From NCBI GenBank assembly GCA_903928055.1, contig CAIYPG010000056.1, forward strand, positions 3,917 to 67,916: a DNA stretch of 64,000 bases, read 5' to 3'. This DNA comes from an uncultured beta proteobacterium. Lineage in GTDB: Bacteria; Pseudomonadota; Gammaproteobacteria; Burkholderiales; SG8-39. Shown piece after piece: positions 44,860 to 53,731 of the stretch. The notes below the pieces were generated by a model. That model was not told the origin of the DNA and searched no databases. It was given only the letters and a program-made list of their open reading frames with translations. A program made the translations under genes and the position numbers. Each line of letters begins with the position of its first letter. Position 1 is the stretch's first letter.

Positions 44860-45918
44860 TCACGCAGGAATCTCCCGGGACTTGAACAGTTTGATGCGCC
44901 CGTACAGGGTTTCGCTGGCAAGCACGAGCAGGAAAGCCATGCCCTGCAGCACCAGCACGGTGGCATCGGGCAGGTCAAGGCGGCGCTGCAGCATGCCGCC
45001 GCTGGCCGAAATTCCACCAAGCAGAACGGCGACGGGAATGATGGCAATCGGGTTCTGGCGCGCAATGAATGCAACCAGGATGCCGGCGTAGCCGTAGCCG
45101 GCCATCAGCGAGGCGTTGGCGTTGCCATGCACCGCCGCAACTTCCACCATTCCTGCGAGGCCCGAGGCTGCGCCTCCAAGGAAGCAGGCAGTCAGCACCA
45201 ACTGGCTCACCGGCAACCCGGCCAGGCGCGCTGCGCGGGCATTGCCCCCGACGATGCGCAGCCCGAAGCCCCAGGTGGTGTGCTTTACCAGGACGTACAT
45301 GGCGACGCAGAAGATGATGCCGAAGCCCAGCCCCCAGTGCACGTCCAGGCCGGGAAAATTGCCCAGCATGTTGGCATCGCCGATGGGATGGGTGGAGGGC
45401 TTGTTCAGGCTGGCCGGATCACGCAGCGGGCCCTCGACCATGTGGTTGAACAGGGCGATCGCAATATAGGTGAGCAACAAACTGGAGATGGTTTCATTGA
45501 TGCCGCGATACTGGCGGAGCGCCCCTGCCGCGGCGATCCACAGTCCGCCGGCAAGCATTCCGCCCAGGGCCATTGCAACCTTCACGCCCATGGGCGACAC
45601 GCCCGTCATCAGATGGCCGATCACCGCAGCAACCAGCCCGCCCAGCACCAGCGCACCCTCGCTGCCAATGATCATCAGGCCTGCCTGGGCCGGCAGGGCC
45701 ACGCACAACGCCGTGAGGATCAGCGGTGCCGCGCGCGACAGCGTGTTCTGCCAGGAAAACGCACCGGAGAACCCGCCCTGGTAGATCAGGCTGTAGACCT
45801 CGATTGGGCTTTGCCCCAGCACCAGCATGAACAGGCCGAACAGCACCATCGCCCCTGCCAGCGCCCCGATGGGGATGGCAAGGGCTTCAAGCGCGGCGCT
45901 GACCCTGGGAGAAGCCAT
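44860..45918 (-). CDS. ABC transporter permease
   Basis: Polytopic; ..MIIGSEGALVLGG.. motif; 352 aa. Confidence 0.85.
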   Translation of the reverse strand: MASPRVSAALEALAIPIGALAGAMVLFGLFMLVLGQSPIEVYSLIYQGGFSGAFSWQNTLSRAAPLILTALCVALPAQAGLMIIGSEGALVLGGLVAAVIGHLMTGVSPMGVKVAMALGGMLAGGLWIAAAGALRQYRGINETISSLLLTYIAIALFNHMVEGPLRDPASLNKPSTHPIGDANMLGNFPGLDVHWGLGFGIIFCVAMYVLVKHTTWGFGLRIVGGNARAARLAGLPVSQLVLTACFLGGAASGLAGMVEVAAVHGNANASLMAGYGYAGILVAFIARQNPIAIIPVAVLLGGISASGGMLQRRLDLPDATVLVLQGMAFLLVLASETLYGRIKLFKSREIPA

Positions 45919-45942
45919 GATGGACTCCCGTCAAAAACCTGA

Positions 45943-46665
45943 TCAGACCTTGCCGATCACGCCTTCGACGAGGTAGTTCATCGATTCGAGAACCGGATCG
46001 GTCTGGATCAGGGCCTTGCCGGCGGGGATGACTTCCTTGCCGGTATTGTCCTTGAGCGGCCCCTTGAAGATGACATAGTCGCCCTTCACCATCGCTGCCT
46101 TGGTGGCATCGGCCTTTTTCTTTGCCGCATCGGAAACAGCCTTGCCGTAAGGCGACATCTTGACAAAGCCTTCCTTGAAACCACCGCGCACGAAATTCTT
46201 GAAAGGCGCGCCCGACAGCGCGTCCTTGACGTGCTGCTCATAGACGGGCGCCCAGTTCCACTCTGCACCGGTGAGATAACCCTTCGGTGCCAGGGGAGCC
46301 TGACTGGCGTGATAACCGCAGGAAAAGATGCCGCGCTTCTCGGCCGTCTCGACGACGACCTTGGGACTGTCGACGTGGCAGGTGATGACATCCACGCCCT
46401 GGTCCACCATGCTGTTGACCGCCTCGGCCTCTTTCACCGGCAGCGACCAGTCGCCGGTCACGATCAACTGGCAGGTGATTTTGGGATCAACACTGCGCGC
46501 GCCCATCAGGAAGGCGTTGCAATTGCGCAGCACCTGCGGAATGGGCTTGGCGGCGATGAAGCCGATTTTCTTGGTCTTGCTGGTGAAGCCGGCGACGATG
46601 CCGTTCAGGTACTGGGCCAACTTGCACGATAAAAATGGCAGCAAAGTTGATTTGCTCGATATCAT
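45943..46665 (-). pseudogene. 5'-truncated BMP-family substrate-binding protein gene (lacks signal peptide and about 135 N-terminal residues)
   Basis: Homology to the full-length SBP at 27755 starts at AQYLNGIVAGF..IPQVLRNCNAF (matching EPAYLAGIIAG..IPEVVRNINAY, about residue 138). The first 15 codons (MISSKSTLLPFLSCK) come from AT-rich unrelated DNA. Confidence 0.7.
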
Positions 46666-46719
46666 CTATATATATATGTATCATAGTGTTGGCTCAACAT
46701 AATCGCGACAAAACAGCAC
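46627..46719. other. compositional junction / rearrangement breakpoint, AT-rich, contains a (TA)5 run
   Basis: GC drops sharply at about 46627 (cgataaaaatggcagcaaagttgatttgctcgatatcatctatatatatatgtatcatag). SBP homology ends here, and the flanks differ in GC and CTAG content. Confidence 0.7.
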
Positions 46720-47163
46720 ATGATTAAACTCCAGCATATAGCTATCTCGGTGAAAGATCCCGAAGCATCGGCAAAGTTCTTCGTTGATGTGATGGAGATG
46801 AAACTCACACGCAAAAATGACGGTCCATTAGCGCAGACGTGCTTTGTTTCCGACGGAAGCATTGAGATTGCTTTGATCCGATTTAAGTCTCCGGAAATGC
46901 TCGGAAAGGAATTCCCAGATAGCTATGAAGGGCTGCACCATATTGGCTTCAACGTAGATAATTTGGAAGAGATAGACAAGCGCATAACTGCGACTGGATT
47001 TCGTCCGCGCAGCGACATTCATACAGCGCGAGATAAACTGTTTGCGGCTGCCGGAGGCAAACCCCAATCAAAGGTGGGGGTCGAGTACAAATACGAGGGT
47101 CCGGGGGGAATCATCTTTGATGTCTCCCAGAAGGGGTGGATTAGGAAGGAAGATGCTCAGTAA
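46720..47163 (+). CDS. VOC-family (glyoxalase/bleomycin-resistance/dioxygenase fold) protein
   Basis: MIKLQHIAISVKDPEASAKFF...GLHHIGFNVDNLEEI...; 147 aa; weak RBS. Confidence 0.8.
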   Translation: MIKLQHIAISVKDPEASAKFFVDVMEMKLTRKNDGPLAQTCFVSDGSIEIALIRFKSPEMLGKEFPDSYEGLHHIGFNVDNLEEIDKRITATGFRPRSDIHTARDKLFAAAGGKPQSKVGVEYKYEGPGGIIFDVSQKGWIRKEDAQ

Positions 47164-47193
47164 TTCCATCCCATCAACGTAGCTAAGCAATTT

Positions 47194-48108
47194 GTGCAAA
47201 TGATGACTGTTGTTGCAGAGGGCCTGGGTTTTCCTGAAGGCCCCGCCATGCTCGCGGACGGCTCGGTTATCTTCACCGAAATTGCCGGACAAACCGTGCG
47301 ACGGTTGAATCCTGACGGGACGCTATCCCTCGTGGCCAAAACAGGGGGAGGACCAAACGGAATTGCCATTGGTCCGGATGGTGCCTACTACATCTGCAAC
47401 AATGGTGGCGCGGAATATCGTCCCGGTAGCTATCTTCCGGTCGGACCGGCCAAGGACTACCTCGGTGGGTCGATCCAGCGCATTGATCCAATTTCAGGAA
47501 AGGTAGATGAACTGTACTCCCGTTGCGGGGAATACCGGCTGTCGGCCCCCAATGACATCGTTTTCGATGCGGCGGGCGGATTCTATTTTAGTGATTTTGG
47601 AAAACGTCACCCCCGTTACAGGGACCACGGTGGCATCTACTATGCCCATGCGGGCGGCAGTCACATCCATCAGATTGCATACCCCTTCCCGTGGCCCAAT
47701 GGAATGGGGTTGTCCCCCGATGGCACCATCCTGTACGTGTCTGATACCGAGGCATCACGCCTTTGGGCCTTCGATATCCTAGAGCCTGGCAAGATTCGGA
47801 AAAACCCGTTCCCAGCACAAGGCGGAGCGCGGCTTGTGTGTGGCCTTCCGGGATTCCAGAGATTCGACAGTCTGGCCGTCCAGGCAAACGGGGACATTTG
47901 TGTTGCAACACTGGTGACGGGTAAGATCACGGTGATCTCCCCCTCGGGTAATGTGATCCGCGAAGTGTCTTTCCCGGACGTCGCCCCGACAAACATTTGC
48001 TTCGGCGGAGATGACATGCAGACTGCATATGTCACACTCGCCGAAACAGGGCGCCTAGTCTCCTTGCGCTGGCCAGAACCAGGGCTGCGGTTAAACTATC
48101 AACCCTAG
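47194..48108 (+). CDS. SMP-30/gluconolactonase/LRE-family protein
   Basis: ..LGFPEGPAMLADGSVIFTE..GGGPNGIAIGPDG..PNDIVFDAAGGFYFSD..PNGMGLSPDG.. beta-propeller repeats. Start is GTG 47194 or ATG 47200/47203. Confidence 0.85.
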   Translation: MQMMTVVAEGLGFPEGPAMLADGSVIFTEIAGQTVRRLNPDGTLSLVAKTGGGPNGIAIGPDGAYYICNNGGAEYRPGSYLPVGPAKDYLGGSIQRIDPISGKVDELYSRCGEYRLSAPNDIVFDAAGGFYFSDFGKRHPRYRDHGGIYYAHAGGSHIHQIAYPFPWPNGMGLSPDGTILYVSDTEASRLWAFDILEPGKIRKNPFPAQGGARLVCGLPGFQRFDSLAVQANGDICVATLVTGKITVISPSGNVIREVSFPDVAPTNICFGGDDMQTAYVTLAETGRLVSLRWPEPGLRLNYQP

Positions 48109-48128
48109 AAACTGGCACCTAATATCGG

Positions 48129-49109
48129 CTACTGGGCGCTCAAATTGAGCGCCTTGATAACCTTGCGCGCATTATCGCTTTCGCTGCGGATAAAGTCAGA
48201 AAACTCCTTGGGCGTATTGCCAAAGACTTGCGCTCCGTCGCTAGTCAGCTGATTTCGCAATTCCGGCGCAGCCAACTGTCTGACTATTTCCTTATTCAAC
48301 AGTTCGATGATGTTGGCAGGCGTGCGCGCTGGCGCCACGATGCCATACCAATTGGCGGACTGAAATGTGGGATAACCACTTTCGGCAACAGTTGGCACAT
48401 CGGGCAGCACGCCGGCGCGTTGATTGCCGGTAACTGCGACCGCTTTTAATAAGTGTTGCTTGACCTGCGGAACGGTCGTTAGGATAGGACCGAACGTCAA
48501 CTCGACTTCGCCGGACATAACTGCTGCGTTGGCGGGTGCTGCCCCCTTGAATGGCACGTGTGTCAGTTGTATACCCGCTTGCGAAGCTAAGACTTCCACA
48601 CCCAGATGATTCGTGGTGCCGATTCCGGCCGAGCCAAAATTCAGTTTGCCGGGGTTGGCTTTCGCATAGGCGATCAACTCTGTAAAGGTGTTGACCGGTA
48701 GTTTTGGCGCCACCACCAGAACAAACTGTGCCGAAGCAATTAGAGTTACCGGAGCAATGTCCTTGACGGGATCATAAGGAGGCTCTTTCATCATATAGGG
48801 CCCGATAGCTAGCGTGGAGGTTGAGCCCATGGCGATCGTGTAACCGTTTGGAGCCGCTCGGGTCATCTGCGCAATCCCGATGATTCCGCCAGCGCCCGCC
48901 TGGTTTTCCATAATGAAGGTCTGTTTCATCGACTCCGATAGCAGTTGGCCGATTTTCCGGGCTACCAGATCATTGCCCGATCCCGGGGCAAAAGGCACGA
49001 TGAAACGCACCGGTGCAGATGGAAACGCGGCGCGCGTTGATTGCGCCAGAACATTGCCCGTGAAAAAAGCGCTTACGCTCACCAGTAACAGTATTGCAGT
49101 ATTTTTCAC
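48129..49109 (-). CDS. Bug/TctC-family substrate-binding protein
   Basis: GTG start at 49109 with AGGAGG RBS. Signal peptide, FPSAPVRFIVPFAPGSGNDLVAR...VPFKGAAPA. Confidence 0.9.
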   Translation of the reverse strand: MKNTAILLLVSVSAFFTGNVLAQSTRAAFPSAPVRFIVPFAPGSGNDLVARKIGQLLSESMKQTFIMENQAGAGGIIGIAQMTRAAPNGYTIAMGSTSTLAIGPYMMKEPPYDPVKDIAPVTLIASAQFVLVVAPKLPVNTFTELIAYAKANPGKLNFGSAGIGTTNHLGVEVLASQAGIQLTHVPFKGAAPANAAVMSGEVELTFGPILTTVPQVKQHLLKAVAVTGNQRAGVLPDVPTVAESGYPTFQSANWYGIVAPARTPANIIELLNKEIVRQLAAPELRNQLTSDGAQVFGNTPKEFSDFIRSESDNARKVIKALNLSAQ

Positions 49110-49177
49110 AATATTCCTCCTTTAGGAATCAAAAGTTTTCAATAACCAAGAAGCGAATACTCTTTGGATGTCGATAA

Positions 49178-49951
49178 TCAGCGTCCCTTAAACTTTGGAG
49201 CGCGCTTTTCTTTGAAAGCCTGGCCCCCTTCCTGATGGTCTTCCGTTAGCAATGAAAGAGACTGGGCCCAGGCTTCCGTGTCGAGGAAGTTATCCAGGCT
49301 CGGAATTTCCAGGCTTTTAAACATGCGCTTTGTGACGCTCAGCGCAAACGCGGGTCCCGCCGCTAATTGGGTTACCAATTCGTGGGCTACGGCTTCGAGC
49401 TCGGCATCCGGTACAACCTTATTGACGAGACCCATGGCTAGCGCCTCCTTTGCTTCTGTACGCCTAGCCGTGTAGACCAGTTCCTTCGCCCGATAGCTAC
49501 CCAGTATCTGCCTAAGAAAAAACACCGCGCCGCCGTCCGGAACCAGACCAATTTTGGAGAACGATTGGTGAAAGTTGGCGGTTTCGGACGCGATGATGAT
49601 GTCGCTTGCCAATGCCAGGCTCCAGCCTATACCTGCCACCGGACCGCGGACTGCGGCAACGACCGGCTTTTCAATATTGGCAAGACGAAGAACGACTTCC
49701 TGCGCCTGACGAATTCGCTTCTTTGCTCCATGTGCGGTAAGGCCGCCCATCGTTGACACGTCGCCTCCAGCACAGAATCCACGCCCTGTTCCGGTTAGCA
49801 AGACGACGCGTACTGCGTCATCAGCTGAGACTTCCTGAAAGATCCGAATCAGATCAATCTTCATCTCTTCGGAAAGCGCATTGAGTTTGTCTGGCCGGTT
49901 GAGCCGAACAGTTGCGATTCCATTGACGCTTTCCAGATCGACGAGACTCAA
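49178..49951 (-). CDS. enoyl-CoA hydratase/isomerase
   Basis: TTG start at 49951 with ggaga RBS, 15 nt after the synthetase stop. ..IATVRLNRPDKLNAL..VVLLTGTGRGFCAGGD.. Confidence 0.9.
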   Translation of the reverse strand: MSLVDLESVNGIATVRLNRPDKLNALSEEMKIDLIRIFQEVSADDAVRVVLLTGTGRGFCAGGDVSTMGGLTAHGAKKRIRQAQEVVLRLANIEKPVVAAVRGPVAGIGWSLALASDIIIASETANFHQSFSKIGLVPDGGAVFFLRQILGSYRAKELVYTARRTEAKEALAMGLVNKVVPDAELEAVAHELVTQLAAGPAFALSVTKRMFKSLEIPSLDNFLDTEAWAQSLSLLTEDHQEGGQAFKEKRAPKFKGR

Positions 49952-49966
49952 GGCATTCTCCAGTGG

Positions 49967-52099
49967 TCAAACCGGTATGTCAGAAGTTGCAGACTTTCTG
50001 ACAATGACGACATCCGCGGCGCATGCGCCCGAAGCAGTAACGATGAGCGGGTTGATATCCATGCTTTCAAGACAGTCTGAATTGCGCAAGGCAATTCCAG
50101 AAAGGCGAACAAGAACCTTGGCAAAGCTTTCCGTGTCCGCCCGGGGCAGTCCCCTAGCGCCGTTCAACAGGGCATACGAGCGAAGCTCCCGGATCATCTC
50201 CATGGCTTCAGCATGCAGAAAGGGAGCTCGTCTGAATGCAACGTCATTGAGTACCTCGGCGAAGATGCCCCCTAAGCCGCACATGACAAAAGGACCCAGC
50301 ACTTTGTCATTGACGATGCCGGCGATCATCTCCACCCCACCGACAATCTGTTGCTCAACCAAGATGCCAGTGATCCGTGCTCCGGGCGCATTTTTCTTCA
50401 CGCGATTTATGATTTGCTGGTAGCCCGCAGCCACTGCCTCAATACTGTCCAATCCGAGCAGCACTCCCCCGACCTCCGTTTTATGAATGATGTCTGGAGA
50501 AATGACTTTCATGACCACAGGTAACCCGATGACTTCCGCCACACGGCAGGCATCCTCACTGCTTCGAGCAATCTGCTCCTTCGGCACAGCAATGCCGACT
50601 GAGTGCAGCCACTGCTTGGCGGCGTGCTCGGTATCCAGAGCCCCTTCCATTAATGGAGCATCCGCAACTGGATGCCTGTTTCGGTTTAACTGCGGGATGC
50701 GCAGGAAAATGGCAGATTGCCGACATCTGGCGGCGGCCCTAATGGCACGAGTTGGGTCTTCGAATACCAGGAAGCCTGCGGCCTCATAACGTTCGCGAAC
50801 GGGCTGTTCGCAAAGCATGGAAAGAATAAAAAGTCTTTCAGGGTAGGATTTTCTAAGTCTTGCCAACGGTTCGTAGACCCGGTCCATCAACACCGTGTCA
50901 TAGCCAATGAAGGAAATATGCGCGACAACAATATCGTTGTCACTTCCGGATACTACGATCTCAAAGCATTTTGAAAACACATTGATGTCGTTCACCATCT
51001 GTGCCGTGGTGTCGATTGGATTGCGCGTTCCGGCAAGAGGGAGAATTGCTCTGACTTCGGCTTGCACTTGCGTTGTAAGAGGCTCAACCAAAAGACCTTG
51101 CTTGATGGCCGTATCTGCCATCATCACTGCCACTCCACCGGAGGTGGAAATCACAGCTGCCCTAGAGCTGTTGGGGCGAATGCCTATAGCGCAAGCATAA
51201 GCAATGTCTAACAGTTCATCCACGTCATGGGCGCGGATAACCCCGTGCTGGCGAAGAAATGCCTCAAACAATTCGTCACGGCCGGCCATGACTGCGGTAT
51301 GAGAAACCACCGCTGCGGCACCGACATCCGTCGTTCCAGCCTTAAGCAAAATGACGGGCTTGCCGGCCGAGCGCGCCAACTCGAATGCCTGGGCCATTTT
51401 CTCAGCATCCCGGCATCCTTCTATATAACCAGCAATTACCCTTGTCGCCTTATCATTCGCGAGATAGACAATGCAATCGGCGACGTCGATGTCCGCCTCG
51501 TTTCCGGTGGTAATCCAGGTGCTCAACCCAATTCCCCGATTGCTGCAAACCGCTGCACAGTGGGACCCGAAGGCACCACTTTGTGTCACAAAGCCAATGG
51601 AGCCTAACCGAGGCCAGCGAAGCTCCCTTGATGGAGAAAAGGTGACGCTAAGCCCTTGCGGTCCATTGACGTAGCCCAAGCAATTTGGGCCCAGCATGCG
51701 AATTCCAGCAGCCTTGGCCGCTGCCGCGACTTCGTTTTGCATCGCGCGGCCCTTTTCGCCGGCCTCGGAGAAGCCAGAGGACATAACCACCAGTCCCTTG
51801 ACTCCTTTTCGTATGCAGTCCTGCACGGCAGGAAGCACAGCGTCCCCGGGAACTACGATGACTGCGAGATCAACGGCGTCGGGAATAGCGGTGACCTTGG
51901 CAAACGAAGGTACGCCTTGGACAGACGAATGCGTGGGATTGATGGCGTAAAGCTTCCCTTTGAATCCGAGCTCCTTGAGGTAACGCAGGGGGCGGCCGCC
52001 GATTTTTGTGGGATCCGAAGAAGCCCCATAGATGACAATCGACGATGGAGAAAAAATCGATTCAAGTGAGGACAACTGAAATTCTGAGGATGCGGGCAT
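49967..52099 (-). CDS. ADP-forming acyl-CoA synthetase (acetate--CoA ligase family)
   Basis: 710 aa. IFSPSSIVIYGASSDPTKIGG...GPNCLGYVN...ATP-grasp C-terminus. Paralogue of 11118-13226. Confidence 0.9.
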   Translation of the reverse strand: MPASSEFQLSSLESIFSPSSIVIYGASSDPTKIGGRPLRYLKELGFKGKLYAINPTHSSVQGVPSFAKVTAIPDAVDLAVIVVPGDAVLPAVQDCIRKGVKGLVVMSSGFSEAGEKGRAMQNEVAAAAKAAGIRMLGPNCLGYVNGPQGLSVTFSPSRELRWPRLGSIGFVTQSGAFGSHCAAVCSNRGIGLSTWITTGNEADIDVADCIVYLANDKATRVIAGYIEGCRDAEKMAQAFELARSAGKPVILLKAGTTDVGAAAVVSHTAVMAGRDELFEAFLRQHGVIRAHDVDELLDIAYACAIGIRPNSSRAAVISTSGGVAVMMADTAIKQGLLVEPLTTQVQAEVRAILPLAGTRNPIDTTAQMVNDINVFSKCFEIVVSGSDNDIVVAHISFIGYDTVLMDRVYEPLARLRKSYPERLFILSMLCEQPVRERYEAAGFLVFEDPTRAIRAAARCRQSAIFLRIPQLNRNRHPVADAPLMEGALDTEHAAKQWLHSVGIAVPKEQIARSSEDACRVAEVIGLPVVMKVISPDIIHKTEVGGVLLGLDSIEAVAAGYQQIINRVKKNAPGARITGILVEQQIVGGVEMIAGIVNDKVLGPFVMCGLGGIFAEVLNDVAFRRAPFLHAEAMEMIRELRSYALLNGARGLPRADTESFAKVLVRLSGIALRNSDCLESMDINPLIVTASGACAADVVIVRKSATSDIPV

Positions 52100-52157
52100 A
52101 AAGGGGTGTACGAAGTGCCTAAGATATTTGAAGTGGGATGGATGATGCGGAGTAGGG

Positions 52158-53102
52158 CTAGGCGGCAGCTTTTGGACGCAATCCTGCCTTCATGACCTTG
52201 CCCTGCAAAGGATGACCGACAATGCGCTCGGCCATATGTGCACATTCGACCAGAGCAGGAAGGTCGATCCCGGTATCTATACCCATTTCCTCGCACATGT
52301 AGACAAAGTCCTCCGTGCAGATGTTCCCCGGAGCACCTTTGCTGGCGGCAAACGGACATCCACCCAGGCCGCCTACGGTTGTATCGAACTGACGCACTCC
52401 CAAGCGAAGAGCTGCTGCAGCATTGGCCAGACCTGTACCGCGCGTGTCGTGAAGATGGGTGCCTAGACCAAGATCAGGCCAACGGTTGCGAACCTGATCC
52501 ACAAGGCGCTCAACAGCCAATGGCGTGCCCATGCCCACAGTATCAGCCAGAGTGACGCCAGGGAGGGTGTAGCCAAACTCTTCAGCTAGGTTGTGCAAAT
52601 CCTGGATCATGGCCAACACCTTGGCGGGTGCCACCGCGCCTTCGTAGTTGCAGCCAAATGAAGTCATGACATAACCCCACTCCAAGGGAATCGAGTTTTT
52701 CTTGTAGAAATCGAGCCAACTACGCTGCTCATCTAGAGTCTGTGCGTGGTTGCGATTTGTATTCCGGATACAAAATGTTTCCGAAGCCGTCACTCGAATC
52801 ACGCCAATGATATCGACAGGCAACGTGGCAGCTCGCTGCAGACCCTGCATGTTCAGCCACAGGCCCGTGTAGCGAACACCCGGCTTCTTTCGGATCTGCC
52901 GCGCGACCTCATCGGCGTCCGCCCAGCCCGGCACACGCTTGGGATTAACCAGTGCTAGACAATCAATTTGTTTGACTCCCGTTTCGGCAAGCGCTTCGAT
53001 CAGACTGACCTTGGTGGAAGTGGAAATGCTGGTCGGCTCAATCTGAAAGCCTTCGCGGGGCCCTTCTTCATGGATATCGACCGATTGTGGAAGATTGCTC
53101 AT
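52158..53102 (-). CDS. HMG-CoA-lyase-like (HMGL family) acyl-CoA lyase
   Basis: EGPREGFQ (family DGLQ box variant), THLHDTRGTGLANAAAAL, TVGGLGGCPFA. Confidence 0.9.
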   Translation of the reverse strand: MSNLPQSVDIHEEGPREGFQIEPTSISTSTKVSLIEALAETGVKQIDCLALVNPKRVPGWADADEVARQIRKKPGVRYTGLWLNMQGLQRAATLPVDIIGVIRVTASETFCIRNTNRNHAQTLDEQRSWLDFYKKNSIPLEWGYVMTSFGCNYEGAVAPAKVLAMIQDLHNLAEEFGYTLPGVTLADTVGMGTPLAVERLVDQVRNRWPDLGLGTHLHDTRGTGLANAAAALRLGVRQFDTTVGGLGGCPFAASKGAPGNICTEDFVYMCEEMGIDTGIDLPALVECAHMAERIVGHPLQGKVMKAGLRPKAAA

Positions 53103-53104
53103 GT

Positions 53105-53506
53105 CTATTCCAGCGTTGTTCCGGCGATGTCGCCTGTCAGAAACATGTTAGGGCGCAAGAAAAAGGAGATCACCAATGCACCTTTCGGCGAGCGGGCCAT
53201 GTGCCTGTTGTGCTTAGGACGCCATACGTAATTGCCAGCACTGACCTCACCTTCGTCATCGACGATGCTTCCGGAGAGAACGTAGGTCTGTTCCACCTCT
53301 ACATGTTCATGAAGTGGCAGTTCAGTACCTGGTGCCCATCGGAACAAGGCTGTCAGCAGGCCGGTTTCCTTATCCTGCAGAAGAATCTTCATATCGATGC
53401 CAGGCGTCGGAGTTGGCTTCCAAGGAAGCGCTTCGACGTCCACATATCTGGACGCCAGTTCAGCCAGCTTTTCCTGCCCCTCAAGGAACGGTGTATTCAG
53501 TGCCAT
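53105..53506 (-). CDS. cupin-domain protein (ChrR-like cupin)
   Basis: ATG at 53506 with ggaggg RBS. ..LPWKPTPTPGIDMKILL..RWAPGTELPLHEHVEVEQTYVLSG... Stop lies 2 nt before the lyase start. Confidence 0.7.
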   Translation of the reverse strand: MALNTPFLEGQEKLAELASRYVDVEALPWKPTPTPGIDMKILLQDKETGLLTALFRWAPGTELPLHEHVEVEQTYVLSGSIVDDEGEVSAGNYVWRPKHNRHMARSPKGALVISFFLRPNMFLTGDIAGTTLE

Positions 53507-53576
53507 AGGCCCTCCAAACAGATTCGCGTGGTTACCTTTGCCGCAACGCACACCAACTGGTTTCGATGAGTCGGTG

Positions 53577-53605
53577 TTGACACGGGCAGATGAACTAATC
53601 AATAT
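53577..53605 (+). promoter_or_regulatory. candidate sigma70 promoter (TTGACA-17 nt-CAATAT) for the plus-strand operon starting at 53732
   Basis: Seen directly in the divergent spacer. A second TTGACA lies about 50 bp downstream. Confidence 0.3.
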
Positions 53606-53731
53606 AGTATAGATGTTTTAAAGTTTTGACACCCCCGTTGTTTTCTGAGTCCACCTGTCACTGCATGCATTGGCGCCTGCAGGAGGTTCAGGACACTCAT
53701 AAAGGCAATTTGCGCGGAGTAAAGGAGAAGA

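Noticed and set aside
46667-46677. The (TA)5 run as a microsatellite or phase-variation element.
   Set aside because: It is too short, and I see no coding or promoter-spacing consequence. It is noted only as part of the AT-rich junction.
46560-46760. A mobile element (IS, integrase, tRNA attachment site, terminal inverted repeats) at the compositional breakpoint.
   Set aside because: No transposase or integrase ORF, tRNA-like sequence, or inverted or direct repeat pair could be found within the visible flanks. The junction is reported only as a breakpoint.
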